NCBI GenBank assembly: GCA_036491175.1 | Contig: DASXCJ010000028.1 | Span: 128 to 64,127, forward strand | Source: Rhizomicrobium sp. | GTDB lineage: Bacteria; Pseudomonadota; Alphaproteobacteria; Micropepsales; Micropepsaceae | DNA: 64,000 nt | Direction of reading: 5' to 3' | In this document: positions 18,997 to 27,969 of the stretch, piece by piece | Layout: each line of letters starts with the position of its first letter | How positions within the stretch are numbered: the stretch's first letter is position 1 | The notes under the pieces: generated by a model | The model's input: only the letters and a program-made list of their open reading frames with translations | Database searches by the model: none | Told to the model about the DNA's origin: nothing | Made by a program: the position numbers and the translations under genes

Positions 18997-19183
18997 CTCG
19001 CGCAACGTTCGTGACAATTTTTCGTTCCGGGACATTTCGTGACGCGAGGCGCGGCCGGCACACCGACGACGGCGGATTTCGCGTAGTAACGAAGAGTACG
19101 TCCCCCGTGTGGGGAGGTGGACGCGGTATTGCCAGCGCGGCCGCGCACGTTACAGTCGGCGCTCCAACAGGGAGACCCAGGTC

Positions 19184-21226
19184 ATGGCGAATTTCACGGG
19201 TACATCGGGCAACGACACGCTCACCGGCACCAGCGGCAACGACAAGTTCGACCTGAGCCAGGGCGGCGAAGATGCGGTGCAGGGCCTGGCGGGCCGCGAT
19301 CTCTTCAGCATGGGCGCGGCGTTCGACGCCGGCGATTCCCTCGACGGCGGCACGGGCAGCGACGTGCTGCGACTGAACGGCGACTATTCCGCCGGCGTCG
19401 TGTTCAACGCCAACACCATCGTCAACATCGAGCAGATCCAGCTCGATTCCGGCCACGGCTACAACCTCATCACCGACGACGGCAACGTCGCGGCGGGCGC
19501 GACGCTCATCGTGGCGGGGGGCGCGCTGACCGACAGCCTGGACTTCAACGGCTCGGACGAGAGCGACGGCGCCTTCGCCATCACCGCCGGCGCGGGCAAC
19601 GATACGCTATGGGGCGGCTTCGGCAACGACAGCTTCGACATCTCCACCGGCGGCAACGACGAAGTCTTCGGCGGCGCCGGAAACGACACCGTCACGGTCA
19701 GCCAGGACCAGCTCACCGTCGACCAGATCGATGGCGGCGCCGGGACCGACACCGTGATCGTCACCGGCAATGGGCCGCATAAGAAGATGCTGGGCTCGGC
19801 AAATCTCTTCCGCGTGGAGGCGATGAAATTCGCCGCCGGCCACGATTACGCGGTCGTGCTGGCGAACACGGCGATCACCGCCGCCGGTTTCACCGTCGAC
19901 GGCAGCGCGCTCGGCACGGGCGACACGCTCTCCTTCGACGCGCGCGCCTCGACCAACAGCGCCATCAGCTTCATCGGCGGCGCGGGCAACGACACGCTGC
20001 TCGCGGAGGCGAACAGCACCCCCGCGCAGTTCGATCTTTCGCATGGCGGCCACGACATCGCCATTGCCGGGCTGGGCGCGGACACCTTCACCATGGGCGG
20101 CGGCCTCGACGCGCGCGACCAGATCGACGGCGGCGGCGGCGCGGACGTGCTGCTCCTCAACGGCGATTACGGCGGCGCCAACGCCGTGGTGCTGCGCAAT
20201 TCGACGGTCTCCGAATTCCCCACGATCAGGCTCGCCGACGGCCACGACTACGACCTGACATTCGCGCGCGGCACCACGCTGGGCATCAACCAGGCGCTCC
20301 TCGATGCGACGGCGGTGGGCGCGGGCCACAACGTCACTATCGACAACACGCTCGGCCGGGAGGAGCTCCAGTTCCACTGGACCACGGCGAATGTGACCTA
20401 CTTTGCCAGCAACAAGGGCGACTTGATCGTCGGCGGCACCGGCGGCGCCTACGCGATCCATGGCGGCGACGGCGACGATTTCGTCCAGGTGAGCTCGTTG
20501 ACCGCTTCGGATTCGATCGACGGCGGCGCGGGCATCGATTCGGTGAGCCTCCTGGCATCCAACGTCGCCGTGACGTTGACGCCCGATGTGATGGCGAATG
20601 TCGAGACCTTCACGTTCGGCTCCAACGACAGCATCACGACCACCGACTCGACGGTCGCCGCCGGCGAGACATTCACCGTCGCCTTCGGCACCGGCGCGTT
20701 CGACGGGTCGGCCGAGACCGACGGTCATTTCGACATCATCGGCAGCGGCACGGTCATCGGCGGCGCGCTGTCGGACACACTCCAGGTCGGCGCCGACACC
20801 GCGGTCACCGGCGGCGGCGGCACCGACAGGATCAAGATCGGCGCCCACCAGCCGGGCGTGACGCTCAACTACGACGCCGTATCGGATTCGACCGGCGTTC
20901 ACTACGACATCGTTTCGCGCTTCGTCGGCGACGGCAGCGACCACTTCCATCTGAGCCCGATCACCACCGTGACGGGTCTCGATACGACGGTGGCGGCGGG
21001 GGCGCTCTCCACCGCGACGTTCGACAGCGATCTCGCCGCGGCGGTGGGAGCGGGCCAGCTCGCGGCGCAGCATGCGGTGCTGTTCACGCCGACGTCCGGC
21101 ACGCTCGCGGGCCAAGTCTTCCTGATCGTCGACGCCAACGGAACGGCGGGCTATCAGGCCGATGCGGATCTGGTGATCGACCTTGCGAGTCTGTCGCACG
21201 GCCTCACGCTCGCAGCGTTCTCGTGA
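19184..21226 (+). CDS. RTX/Ca-binding repeat surface protein, paralog 4 (~680 aa)
   Basis: MANFTGTSGNDTLTGTSGND start with RBS GGAG; same module; C-terminal LAAQHAVLFT..FLIVDANGTAGYQA. Confidence 0.9.
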   Translation: MANFTGTSGNDTLTGTSGNDKFDLSQGGEDAVQGLAGRDLFSMGAAFDAGDSLDGGTGSDVLRLNGDYSAGVVFNANTIVNIEQIQLDSGHGYNLITDDGNVAAGATLIVAGGALTDSLDFNGSDESDGAFAITAGAGNDTLWGGFGNDSFDISTGGNDEVFGGAGNDTVTVSQDQLTVDQIDGGAGTDTVIVTGNGPHKKMLGSANLFRVEAMKFAAGHDYAVVLANTAITAAGFTVDGSALGTGDTLSFDARASTNSAISFIGGAGNDTLLAEANSTPAQFDLSHGGHDIAIAGLGADTFTMGGGLDARDQIDGGGGADVLLLNGDYGGANAVVLRNSTVSEFPTIRLADGHDYDLTFARGTTLGINQALLDATAVGAGHNVTIDNTLGREELQFHWTTANVTYFASNKGDLIVGGTGGAYAIHGGDGDDFVQVSSLTASDSIDGGAGIDSVSLLASNVAVTLTPDVMANVETFTFGSNDSITTTDSTVAAGETFTVAFGTGAFDGSAETDGHFDIIGSGTVIGGALSDTLQVGADTAVTGGGGTDRIKIGAHQPGVTLNYDAVSDSTGVHYDIVSRFVGDGSDHFHLSPITTVTGLDTTVAAGALSTATFDSDLAAAVGAGQLAAQHAVLFTPTSGTLAGQVFLIVDANGTAGYQADADLVIDLASLSHGLTLAAFS

Positions 21227-21255
21227 TCGGCGGGCCAACCCAAGACGGCCACGCC

Positions 21256-21290
21256 AAAACAAAAGCGGCGGGATCGCTCCCGCCGCTTCT
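21256..21290. terminator. Bidirectional rho-independent terminator between paralog 4 and csp
   Basis: AAGCGGCGGGA-TCGC-TCCCGCCGCTT flanked by A-runs on the left and TTCT on the right; genes converge here. Confidence 0.8.
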
Positions 21291-21310
21291 TCTCTTCGCG
21301 AGACCAACGC

Positions 21311-21514
21311 TTAGAGCGTCTTGAGATTGGACGCCTTGGAGCCGCGCGCGTCCGGCACGATGTCGAACGACACGCGCTGGCCCTCATTGAGGGTGCGCAG
21401 GCCCGAGGCTTCGAGCGCGGTCGCGTGCACGAACACGTCCTTGCCGCCGCCTTCCGGCGCGATAAAGCCAAAACCCTTGCTCGTATTGAAAAACTTCACA
21501 GTTCCGGTAGCCAT
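21311..21514 (-). CDS. cspA: Cold-shock protein (CspA family)
   Basis: MATGTVKFFNTSKGFGFI.PE.GGKDVFVH (RNP1/RNP2), 67 aa. Confidence 0.95.
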   Translation of the reverse strand: MATGTVKFFNTSKGFGFIAPEGGGKDVFVHATALEASGLRTLNEGQRVSFDIVPDARGSKASNLKTL

Positions 21515-21549
21515 TTAGTTCAGTTCCGTCTTCAGGTTCCCGCGCCGGC

Positions 21550-21578
21550 GATATGCCGAAGCGGACGCGGGGGCGCAA
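21550..21578 (-). promoter_or_regulatory. Candidate sigma70 promoter of csp
   Basis: Minus strand TTGCGC-N17-CATATC, similar to the alphaproteobacterial housekeeping consensus. Confidence 0.4.
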
Positions 21579-22023
21579 GCCGGATCAGGAAGGGTCGTCG
21601 TATCGTCCGGGCGCGCATTTTAGGCGGGCAGGGATCGGCGCGCTTCTTGACGGACAAACGTCGCGTAAGCCCTCCTATAATCCAACCCGGCCCCGTTGAA
21701 CAGCGCCCACCGGCGCCCGCACCGGAAAATTCGGAAATTATTGTTTGATATCAGATTGTTACGCGGCCATGCAGGCGCCGATTCGGGCTCGACGCGCCGT
21801 GCTTGCGCCATGTGCGCCTAACATAAGGCGTGGATTGCGGGACACGCCCATTTTATCGCGCGAGATCGCTGCCGCGATGACGCGCGCGCGGCGGAACGTT
21901 CTGCGCTTCCCGGCCATTGTCCGATCAGCCGGAGAACGCGATCAACGGAAATCGCGGTGCCGGATGTAGTGGTGGGCGGCGGATACGACAAAGAGAGGCC
22001 GCCGCAAGAAAAGCGAGGCGGAC

Positions 22024-23262
22024 ATGGCCGACTTTATTGGAACATCCGGAGACGACGACTTCACCGGCACTTCGGGCGACGACAGTTTTAACTTGCATCA
22101 AGGTGGCGAGGACACCGCCACCGGTCTCGGCGGCAACGACATCTTCGCGATGGGCGCCACGCTCGACGCCGGCGACAGTCTCGACGGCGGAACCGGCAGC
22201 GACGCCGTATTCCTGCGCGGCGACTATGCCCATCGCCTCGTCTTCGGCGCGGACACCATCACCCATATGGCGCGCCTCGCGGTGGGTGCGGGCTTCGACT
22301 ACAACCTCGCCACCAACGACGGCGCCGTCGCGTCCGGCGGCAAGATGGTGATCGACGCCTCCAAGCTCGGCGCAGGCGACACACTCACCTTCAACGGCGC
22401 CGCGGAGACCGACGGCCATTTCCACATCTTCGGCGGCGCGGGCAACGACGCCGTCACCGGCGGCAACGGCGGCGATGCTTTCGACATGCGCTTCGCCGGC
22501 GGCGAGGACCGCTTCGTGGGCGGCGGCGGCGACGATCTCATCCTGGGCGGCGCGAATTTCGATTCCGGCGACGAGATCAACGGCGGCGGCGGCGCCAAGA
22601 ACATCCTGCGCCTCGACGGCGATTATTCGAGCGGCATCGTCTTCGCCGCCTCGACCATGCACAATATCGACGTCATCCAGCTTCGTGCGGGCAACGACTA
22701 CGACCTCACCTTGGCGGGATCCTCCCTGCCCGCCAACCGGCTCCTTATCCGCGCCGATCACATGGGCGCGGGCGACACGCTCACCTTCAACGGCGAACAC
22801 GCCAAGGGAAGGCTGCATGTCGACAGCGGCGCGGGCGACGACACGCTCACCGGCGGCGCGTTCCACGACGTGCTGCAAGGCAATCTCGGCGCCGACACGA
22901 TGACCGGCCGCGGCGGCCCGGACAGCTTCGTCTACACCGCCGCCGCGCAGTCCGATCTCACCAGCCTGGACCACATCACCGATTTCGACGCGGACCAGGA
23001 CAGTTTCGTGTTCCCGTTCCAGGTGACGACGGTGATCGCGGCGCAGACCACGGCGAACACGGTCGCCGACCTCAGCGTCAGCGGCCTGTCGGCCCATGGC
23101 GCCGCGGTGGTTTCGGTCACGGGCGGGCTTCTCGCCAACCACACCTATCTGGTGGTCGACGGCAACGGCAGCGCGGTCTTCGATCTCGGCGATTACGTGA
23201 TCGACATTACAGGTGTGAAACATATCGCCGACCTCGGCGCCGCCGACTTCACCACCTCCTGA
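22024..23262 (+). CDS. RTX/Ca-binding repeat protein, paralog 5 (412 aa)
   Basis: MADFIGTSGDDDFTGTSGDD; two modules plus C-terminal NHTYLVVDGNG..GDYVIDITG. Confidence 0.9.
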   Translation: MADFIGTSGDDDFTGTSGDDSFNLHQGGEDTATGLGGNDIFAMGATLDAGDSLDGGTGSDAVFLRGDYAHRLVFGADTITHMARLAVGAGFDYNLATNDGAVASGGKMVIDASKLGAGDTLTFNGAAETDGHFHIFGGAGNDAVTGGNGGDAFDMRFAGGEDRFVGGGGDDLILGGANFDSGDEINGGGGAKNILRLDGDYSSGIVFAASTMHNIDVIQLRAGNDYDLTLAGSSLPANRLLIRADHMGAGDTLTFNGEHAKGRLHVDSGAGDDTLTGGAFHDVLQGNLGADTMTGRGGPDSFVYTAAAQSDLTSLDHITDFDADQDSFVFPFQVTTVIAAQTTANTVADLSVSGLSAHGAAVVSVTGGLLANHTYLVVDGNGSAVFDLGDYVIDITGVKHIADLGAADFTTS

Positions 23263-23284
23263 CCGGCGCTCGGACGATGGCGGA

Positions 23285-23322
23285 TTTCCCGGAGTTCCAG
23301 ATGCTTATCCGGAACTCCGGGA
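23285..23322. other. Perfect 13-bp inverted repeat between paralogs 5 and 6 (terminator/operator candidate)
   Basis: TTCCCGGAGTTCC-N12-GGAACTCCGGGAA. Confidence 0.55.
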
Positions 23323-23425
23323 ACCGGCTGCGGTCGGAACGCCACGGGGTGTTCCCTCCGGGCCACGCCAAATCCGCGGCGGACTCGTATAGGATTACGC
23401 CCGGTTCATTCGGGGTCCGGTTCAA

Positions 23426-25404
23426 ATGTCCATCAAGGGCACGTCCGGTGACGACAATCTTGTCGGCACGTCGGGCAACGATGCGTTCGATCTGACGCAG
23501 GGCGGCAACGACACGGCCCAAGGACTGGCCGGCAACGATTCCTTCTCTTTCGGCGCCACCTTCACCGCCGCCGACGCGGTCGACGGCGGCGACGGCGCCG
23601 ACGTCTTGAAGCTCGCGGGCGATTACTCCGCCGGCGTCACCTTCGGCGCGGCCACGCTGATCAATGTCGAGACCGTCAGCCTCGCCGACGGTTTCAGCTA
23701 CAAGCTGACGACGAACGACGCCACCGTCGCGACCGGCCAATCCATGACCGTGGACGGCTCCGCGCTCACCGGCGCCAACACGCTCACCTTCGACGGCTCG
23801 GCGGAGACCGACGGCACGCTCGCGGTGCATGGCGGCCTCGGCAATGACAGCTTCACGTCATCGACCCTGCATTCACCGCGACCGGCTTCGCCAGCACCCT
23901 GGAACTCAACGGCGACTACTCCGCCGGCCTCGCCATCGGCGCGTCCACGTTCAGCGGCATCGGCCACATGGCGTTGGACGCGGGCCATTCCTACAAGCTG
24001 ACCTTCAACGGCTTCACCATGCCCGCGAACCAGGCCTTCGTCGTCGATGGCGGCACGTTGGGCGCGAGCGACGTGCTCACCTTCAACGCCTCGGCGCAGA
24101 CGCATGGCCTGTTCTATGTCGTGGGCGGCGCGGGCGACGACGTGCTGACCGGCGGCGGCGACGCGACCTTCTTCGACCTCAGCCACGGCGGCGACGACAG
24201 CGCCACGGGCGGCGCGGGCAACGACGTCTTCTATAACCTCAACGGCGGCGACATAAGCGGCGGAGCGGGCAACGACACGCTGCTCATCGACGGCGATTTT
24301 TCCAGCGGCTACTTCCTGGGCGGCGGCCTCACCAGCATCGAGACGCTGGCGATGCTGGAATCCGGTTTCACCTACGACATCGCCGCGTTCAACTCCGGCA
24401 TACCGGCGAACACGACTCTCGCCATCGACGGCGGCAGGCTCACCTCCGCCCTCACCTTCGACGCATCGCAGGTGACCCAGGGCCATTTCACCGTCACCGG
24501 CGGCGCGGGCGACGATGTCCTCACCGGCGGCAGCCTGTCGGACAGCTTCGACCTGACCAAGGGCGGCAACGACAGCGTCACCGGGGGCGGCGGCGCGGAC
24601 ACCGTCACCCTGGGCGCGACACTGACCATTGGCGACCACATCACCGGCGACGGCAACGACGTGGTGAGCATCAGCGGCGACTACTCCGCCGGCCTCGTCA
24701 TGGGCGTGCACACGCTCCTCAATGTCGGCGAGTTCGATCTCGGCGACGGCTTCGCCTACAACATCGCCTTCAACGACGGCAGCATGTCCGGCACGGCCCA
24801 GCAACTTCACGTCGTCGGCTACGGCACGACCGTCATGCACATGGACGCTTCGGCCGAAACCAACTCCCAATACGATTTCTACGCGGGCGCGGGCGACGAC
24901 GTGCTCATCGGCGGCGGCGGCACGGACTTCTTCGATCTCAGCCTGAACCAGAGCGGCATGCTCAGCGGCAACGACACCGCCCAGGGCAACAGCAACCGCG
25001 ACGTCTACCAGGCGAGCGACAACGCGCAGGATCACGACACCTTCGTCTACAAGCTCGTCAGCGACTCCACCAGCACGACGCTCGACCAGATCCTCAGCAT
25101 GAATTTCAGCAGCGACACGCTCAGCATCAGCGCGATCGGCGCCGTGACCGCCGTCGATCCTCATGCGGTCGGCGGCACGCTGTCGGATGGCTCCCATTTC
25201 GACACCCAACTCTCGGCCGCTGTCGGCGCGGGCCAGCTCGCCGCGCATCACGCGGTGTTGTTCACGGCCAATGCCGGCGGGGATTCGGGCCACTCCTACG
25301 TGGTGATCGACGAGAACGGCACGGCGGGCTACCAGGCCGGCGGCGACATCGTCATCGAGGTCACAGGCTTCACCGGCACGCTGGCGCTGTCGGATTTCTC
25401 GTGA
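23426..25404 (+). pseudogene. RTX/Ca-binding repeat protein, paralog 6, split by a 1-nt frameshift near 23855 (pseudogene or sequencing error)
   Basis: The first frame gives MSIKGTSGDD...GGLGNDSF; homology resumes in another frame as VIDPAFTATGFASTLELNGDYSAG...MALDAGHSY and runs to the stop at 25404. Confidence 0.8.
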
Positions 25405-25588
25405 CGCATGCGGCTTCGTGACGGGCCCGAAGGCCGGGTGGAGGCGCTTCTCGCAACCCGAGGGTGACAGGAAATTCATCGTACTTTGCCTCCCGCGACA
25501 TGATTGGGCGGAAAGCGACACAATCGTGTCGCGGCCGGCGTGTCGCGAAATCCGCTAAAATCGGCCCCGCTTCTCCTGGGGACGATCC

Positions 25589-27781
25589 ATGACGACGATC
25601 AAGGGCACGGCGGGTGACGACAGTCTCACCGGCACCTCCGGCAACGATTCCTTCAACCTCAGCCAGGGCGGCAACGACACCGTCCATGGGCTGGGCGGCA
25701 ACGACGTCTTCTCCTTCGGCGCGACCTTCACCGCCGCCGACACGATCGACGGCGGCGATGGCGCCGACACGCTGAAGCTCGACGGCGATTATTCCGCCGG
25801 CGTGACGTTGGGCGCCGCCACGCTTGCCAATGTGGAGAGCATCGATCTCGCCGCGGGCAACAGCTACAAACTCGTGCTCGCCGCCGCGACCGTCGCGGCG
25901 GGCCAGTCGCTCACCGTCGACGGCTCGGCGCTGGCGGCGGGCCAGACGCTCTTCTTCGACAGCGAAGCCGCGGCGAACGGAACGGTCGGCGCGCGCGGCG
26001 GACTGGGCAACGACACCTTCTCCCTGGGATCGCGTTTCAACGCCAATGACCGCTTCGCGGGCGGCGGCGGCGACGACACCATGTTCCTTTCCGGCAACTA
26101 CAACGTCGCCTTCGGCGGCTCGACCATCCGCGACATCTCCGATCTCGTGCTCTTCGGCGGCCACAACTACCGCTTCACCGAGAACGACAACAACGTCGCC
26201 GCCGCCGCGACGATGAACATCGACGGCGGCAACATCGCCGGTTCCAACACGCTCTATTTCAACGGCAGCCACGAGACCGACGGCAGCTTCAACCTCGACG
26301 CCGGCTCCGGCCAGATCGCCTTCGCCGGCGGCGGCCAGAGCGACGTCTTCTTCATGGGCGCGAACCTCACCGCCGACGACCGCCTCAACGGCGAAGGCGG
26401 CTCCGATGTCGTCTATCTCGGCGGCGCGGACTACAATGTCGCCCTCGGCAAGCCGACCTTGGTGAGCATCGAAAACGTCCATCTCGGCGGCGGCTTCGAC
26501 TATCACATCACCTCCGGCGGCGGCATCGCCACGAACGCCACCCAGGTGTGGGACGCGACCGCGCTCACCGCGTCCGACACGCTGTCGCTCAACTTCGTCA
26601 AGGAGACGGCGGGCAGCGTGATCGTCGACGGCGGCGCGGCGGCCACCACCATCATCGGCAGCCAGCAAGGCGACGATTTCGACTTCTCCGTCACCGGCCA
26701 GGGCGGCTTCACCGCCGCCGACCACATCAACGGACAGGACGGCTATGACCGCCTCCAACTCGGCGGCGACTATACCGGCAGCCACGCGGTGGTCCTCGGC
26801 GCCAACACCGTTACCAATGTCGAGGAATTCGATTTCGACGCCGGTCATTCCTACGCCATCACCATCGCCTCCAAGACCGTCGCCGCCGGCCAATCGCTGA
26901 CGGTGGACGCAAGCGCGCTCGGGGCCGGCAATGCGCTGACCTTCGACGGCGCGGCGGCGGGCGCCACCAGCGCGCTCGTCATCACCGGCGGCGCCGGCAA
27001 CGATGTCCTGACTGGCGGCGCGGCCAGCGATCTGTTCGATCTCAGCAATGGCGGCAACGACACCGCCCTTGGCGGCGGCGGCGACGATTCCATCCTGCTC
27101 GGCGGCGCGCTGACCGCCGGCGACCGCATCGATGGCGGCACGGGCTTCAACAGCGTCGAACTCAGCGGCGACACGGCCGTCACGCTCGGCGCCACCACGA
27201 TGCTCGACATCCAGCAGATCGCGCTGACCGGCGGCGCCAGCTACAGCCTCACCACCAATGACGCGACCGTCGCCGGCGGCTCGAGCCTGACCGTCAACGC
27301 CGGCGACCTCGGCGCGGGCGACACGCTCACCTTCGACGGCTCGGCGGAAACCACCGGCGCGTTCTTCATCCGCAGCGGCGCCGGGTCCGACGAACTGACG
27401 GGCGGCGCGGGCGCGGACTCCTTCATCTACGACAACGGCATCGCGCTCTCCGCCGCCACGCGCGACATCATCCACGCATTCGACTTCGCCAACGACCACA
27501 TCCAGTTCCACACCGTGACGGGCATCGCCGCCGCCGTGAACGCGGGCGGTGTCAATGCCGCCACCATCGACGCCAACATCGCCAGCATCCTCAACGCCGC
27601 GAAACTGCCGGCGAACGAAGCCGTGCTGCTGACGCCGCAGAGCGGCAATCTGCAGGGCCATGTGTTCCTGGTCGTCGACGGCAACGGCGTCGCCGGCTAC
27701 CAGGCCGGCGCGGACCTCGTCGTGGAACTCCAGGGCGCGCTCCATACCGGCAGCATCGGCACGGCGAATTTCACCGGGTGA
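25589..27781 (+). CDS. RTX/Ca-binding repeat surface protein, paralog 7 (730 aa)
   Basis: MTTIKGTAGDDSLTGTSGND; same module; C-terminal GHVFLVVDGNGVAGYQAGADLVVEL. Confidence 0.9.
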   Translation: MTTIKGTAGDDSLTGTSGNDSFNLSQGGNDTVHGLGGNDVFSFGATFTAADTIDGGDGADTLKLDGDYSAGVTLGAATLANVESIDLAAGNSYKLVLAAATVAAGQSLTVDGSALAAGQTLFFDSEAAANGTVGARGGLGNDTFSLGSRFNANDRFAGGGGDDTMFLSGNYNVAFGGSTIRDISDLVLFGGHNYRFTENDNNVAAAATMNIDGGNIAGSNTLYFNGSHETDGSFNLDAGSGQIAFAGGGQSDVFFMGANLTADDRLNGEGGSDVVYLGGADYNVALGKPTLVSIENVHLGGGFDYHITSGGGIATNATQVWDATALTASDTLSLNFVKETAGSVIVDGGAAATTIIGSQQGDDFDFSVTGQGGFTAADHINGQDGYDRLQLGGDYTGSHAVVLGANTVTNVEEFDFDAGHSYAITIASKTVAAGQSLTVDASALGAGNALTFDGAAAGATSALVITGGAGNDVLTGGAASDLFDLSNGGNDTALGGGGDDSILLGGALTAGDRIDGGTGFNSVELSGDTAVTLGATTMLDIQQIALTGGASYSLTTNDATVAGGSSLTVNAGDLGAGDTLTFDGSAETTGAFFIRSGAGSDELTGGAGADSFIYDNGIALSAATRDIIHAFDFANDHIQFHTVTGIAAAVNAGGVNAATIDANIASILNAAKLPANEAVLLTPQSGNLQGHVFLVVDGNGVAGYQAGADLVVELQGALHTGSIGTANFTG

Positions 27782-27969
27782 ACACAACACCGTAACCTGG
27801 GGCACGATCCAATCGCATCGGGTCCGATCGCGTCGGGATTGAATCGTGCTCCAGCGCCGTTTGGCGATGCGGGCTACCGCGAATTTCTCCTAGCGGATTA
27901 ACGCCCGTTCATTCTTGCGGCGGCCCCGAGCCTTGAATTTGCCCAAAATCCCAGGCACTTAGCGGGCCC

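Noticed and set aside
21647-21681. TTGACG...TATAAT plus-strand promoter
   Set aside because: The spacer is 23 nt, too long for sigma70.
7347-27781. Diversity-generating retroelement or invertase shufflon acting on the RTX array
   Set aside because: No reverse transcriptase or recombinase in the window, no template/variable repeat pair differing at adenines, and all genes lie on one strand.
7107-27805. Very long minus-strand ORFs (e.g. 7107-10745, 13191-18584, 25370-27805) opposite the RTX genes
   Set aside because: Antisense shadows produced by GC-biased, repetitive codon usage; they contain no recognisable motifs.
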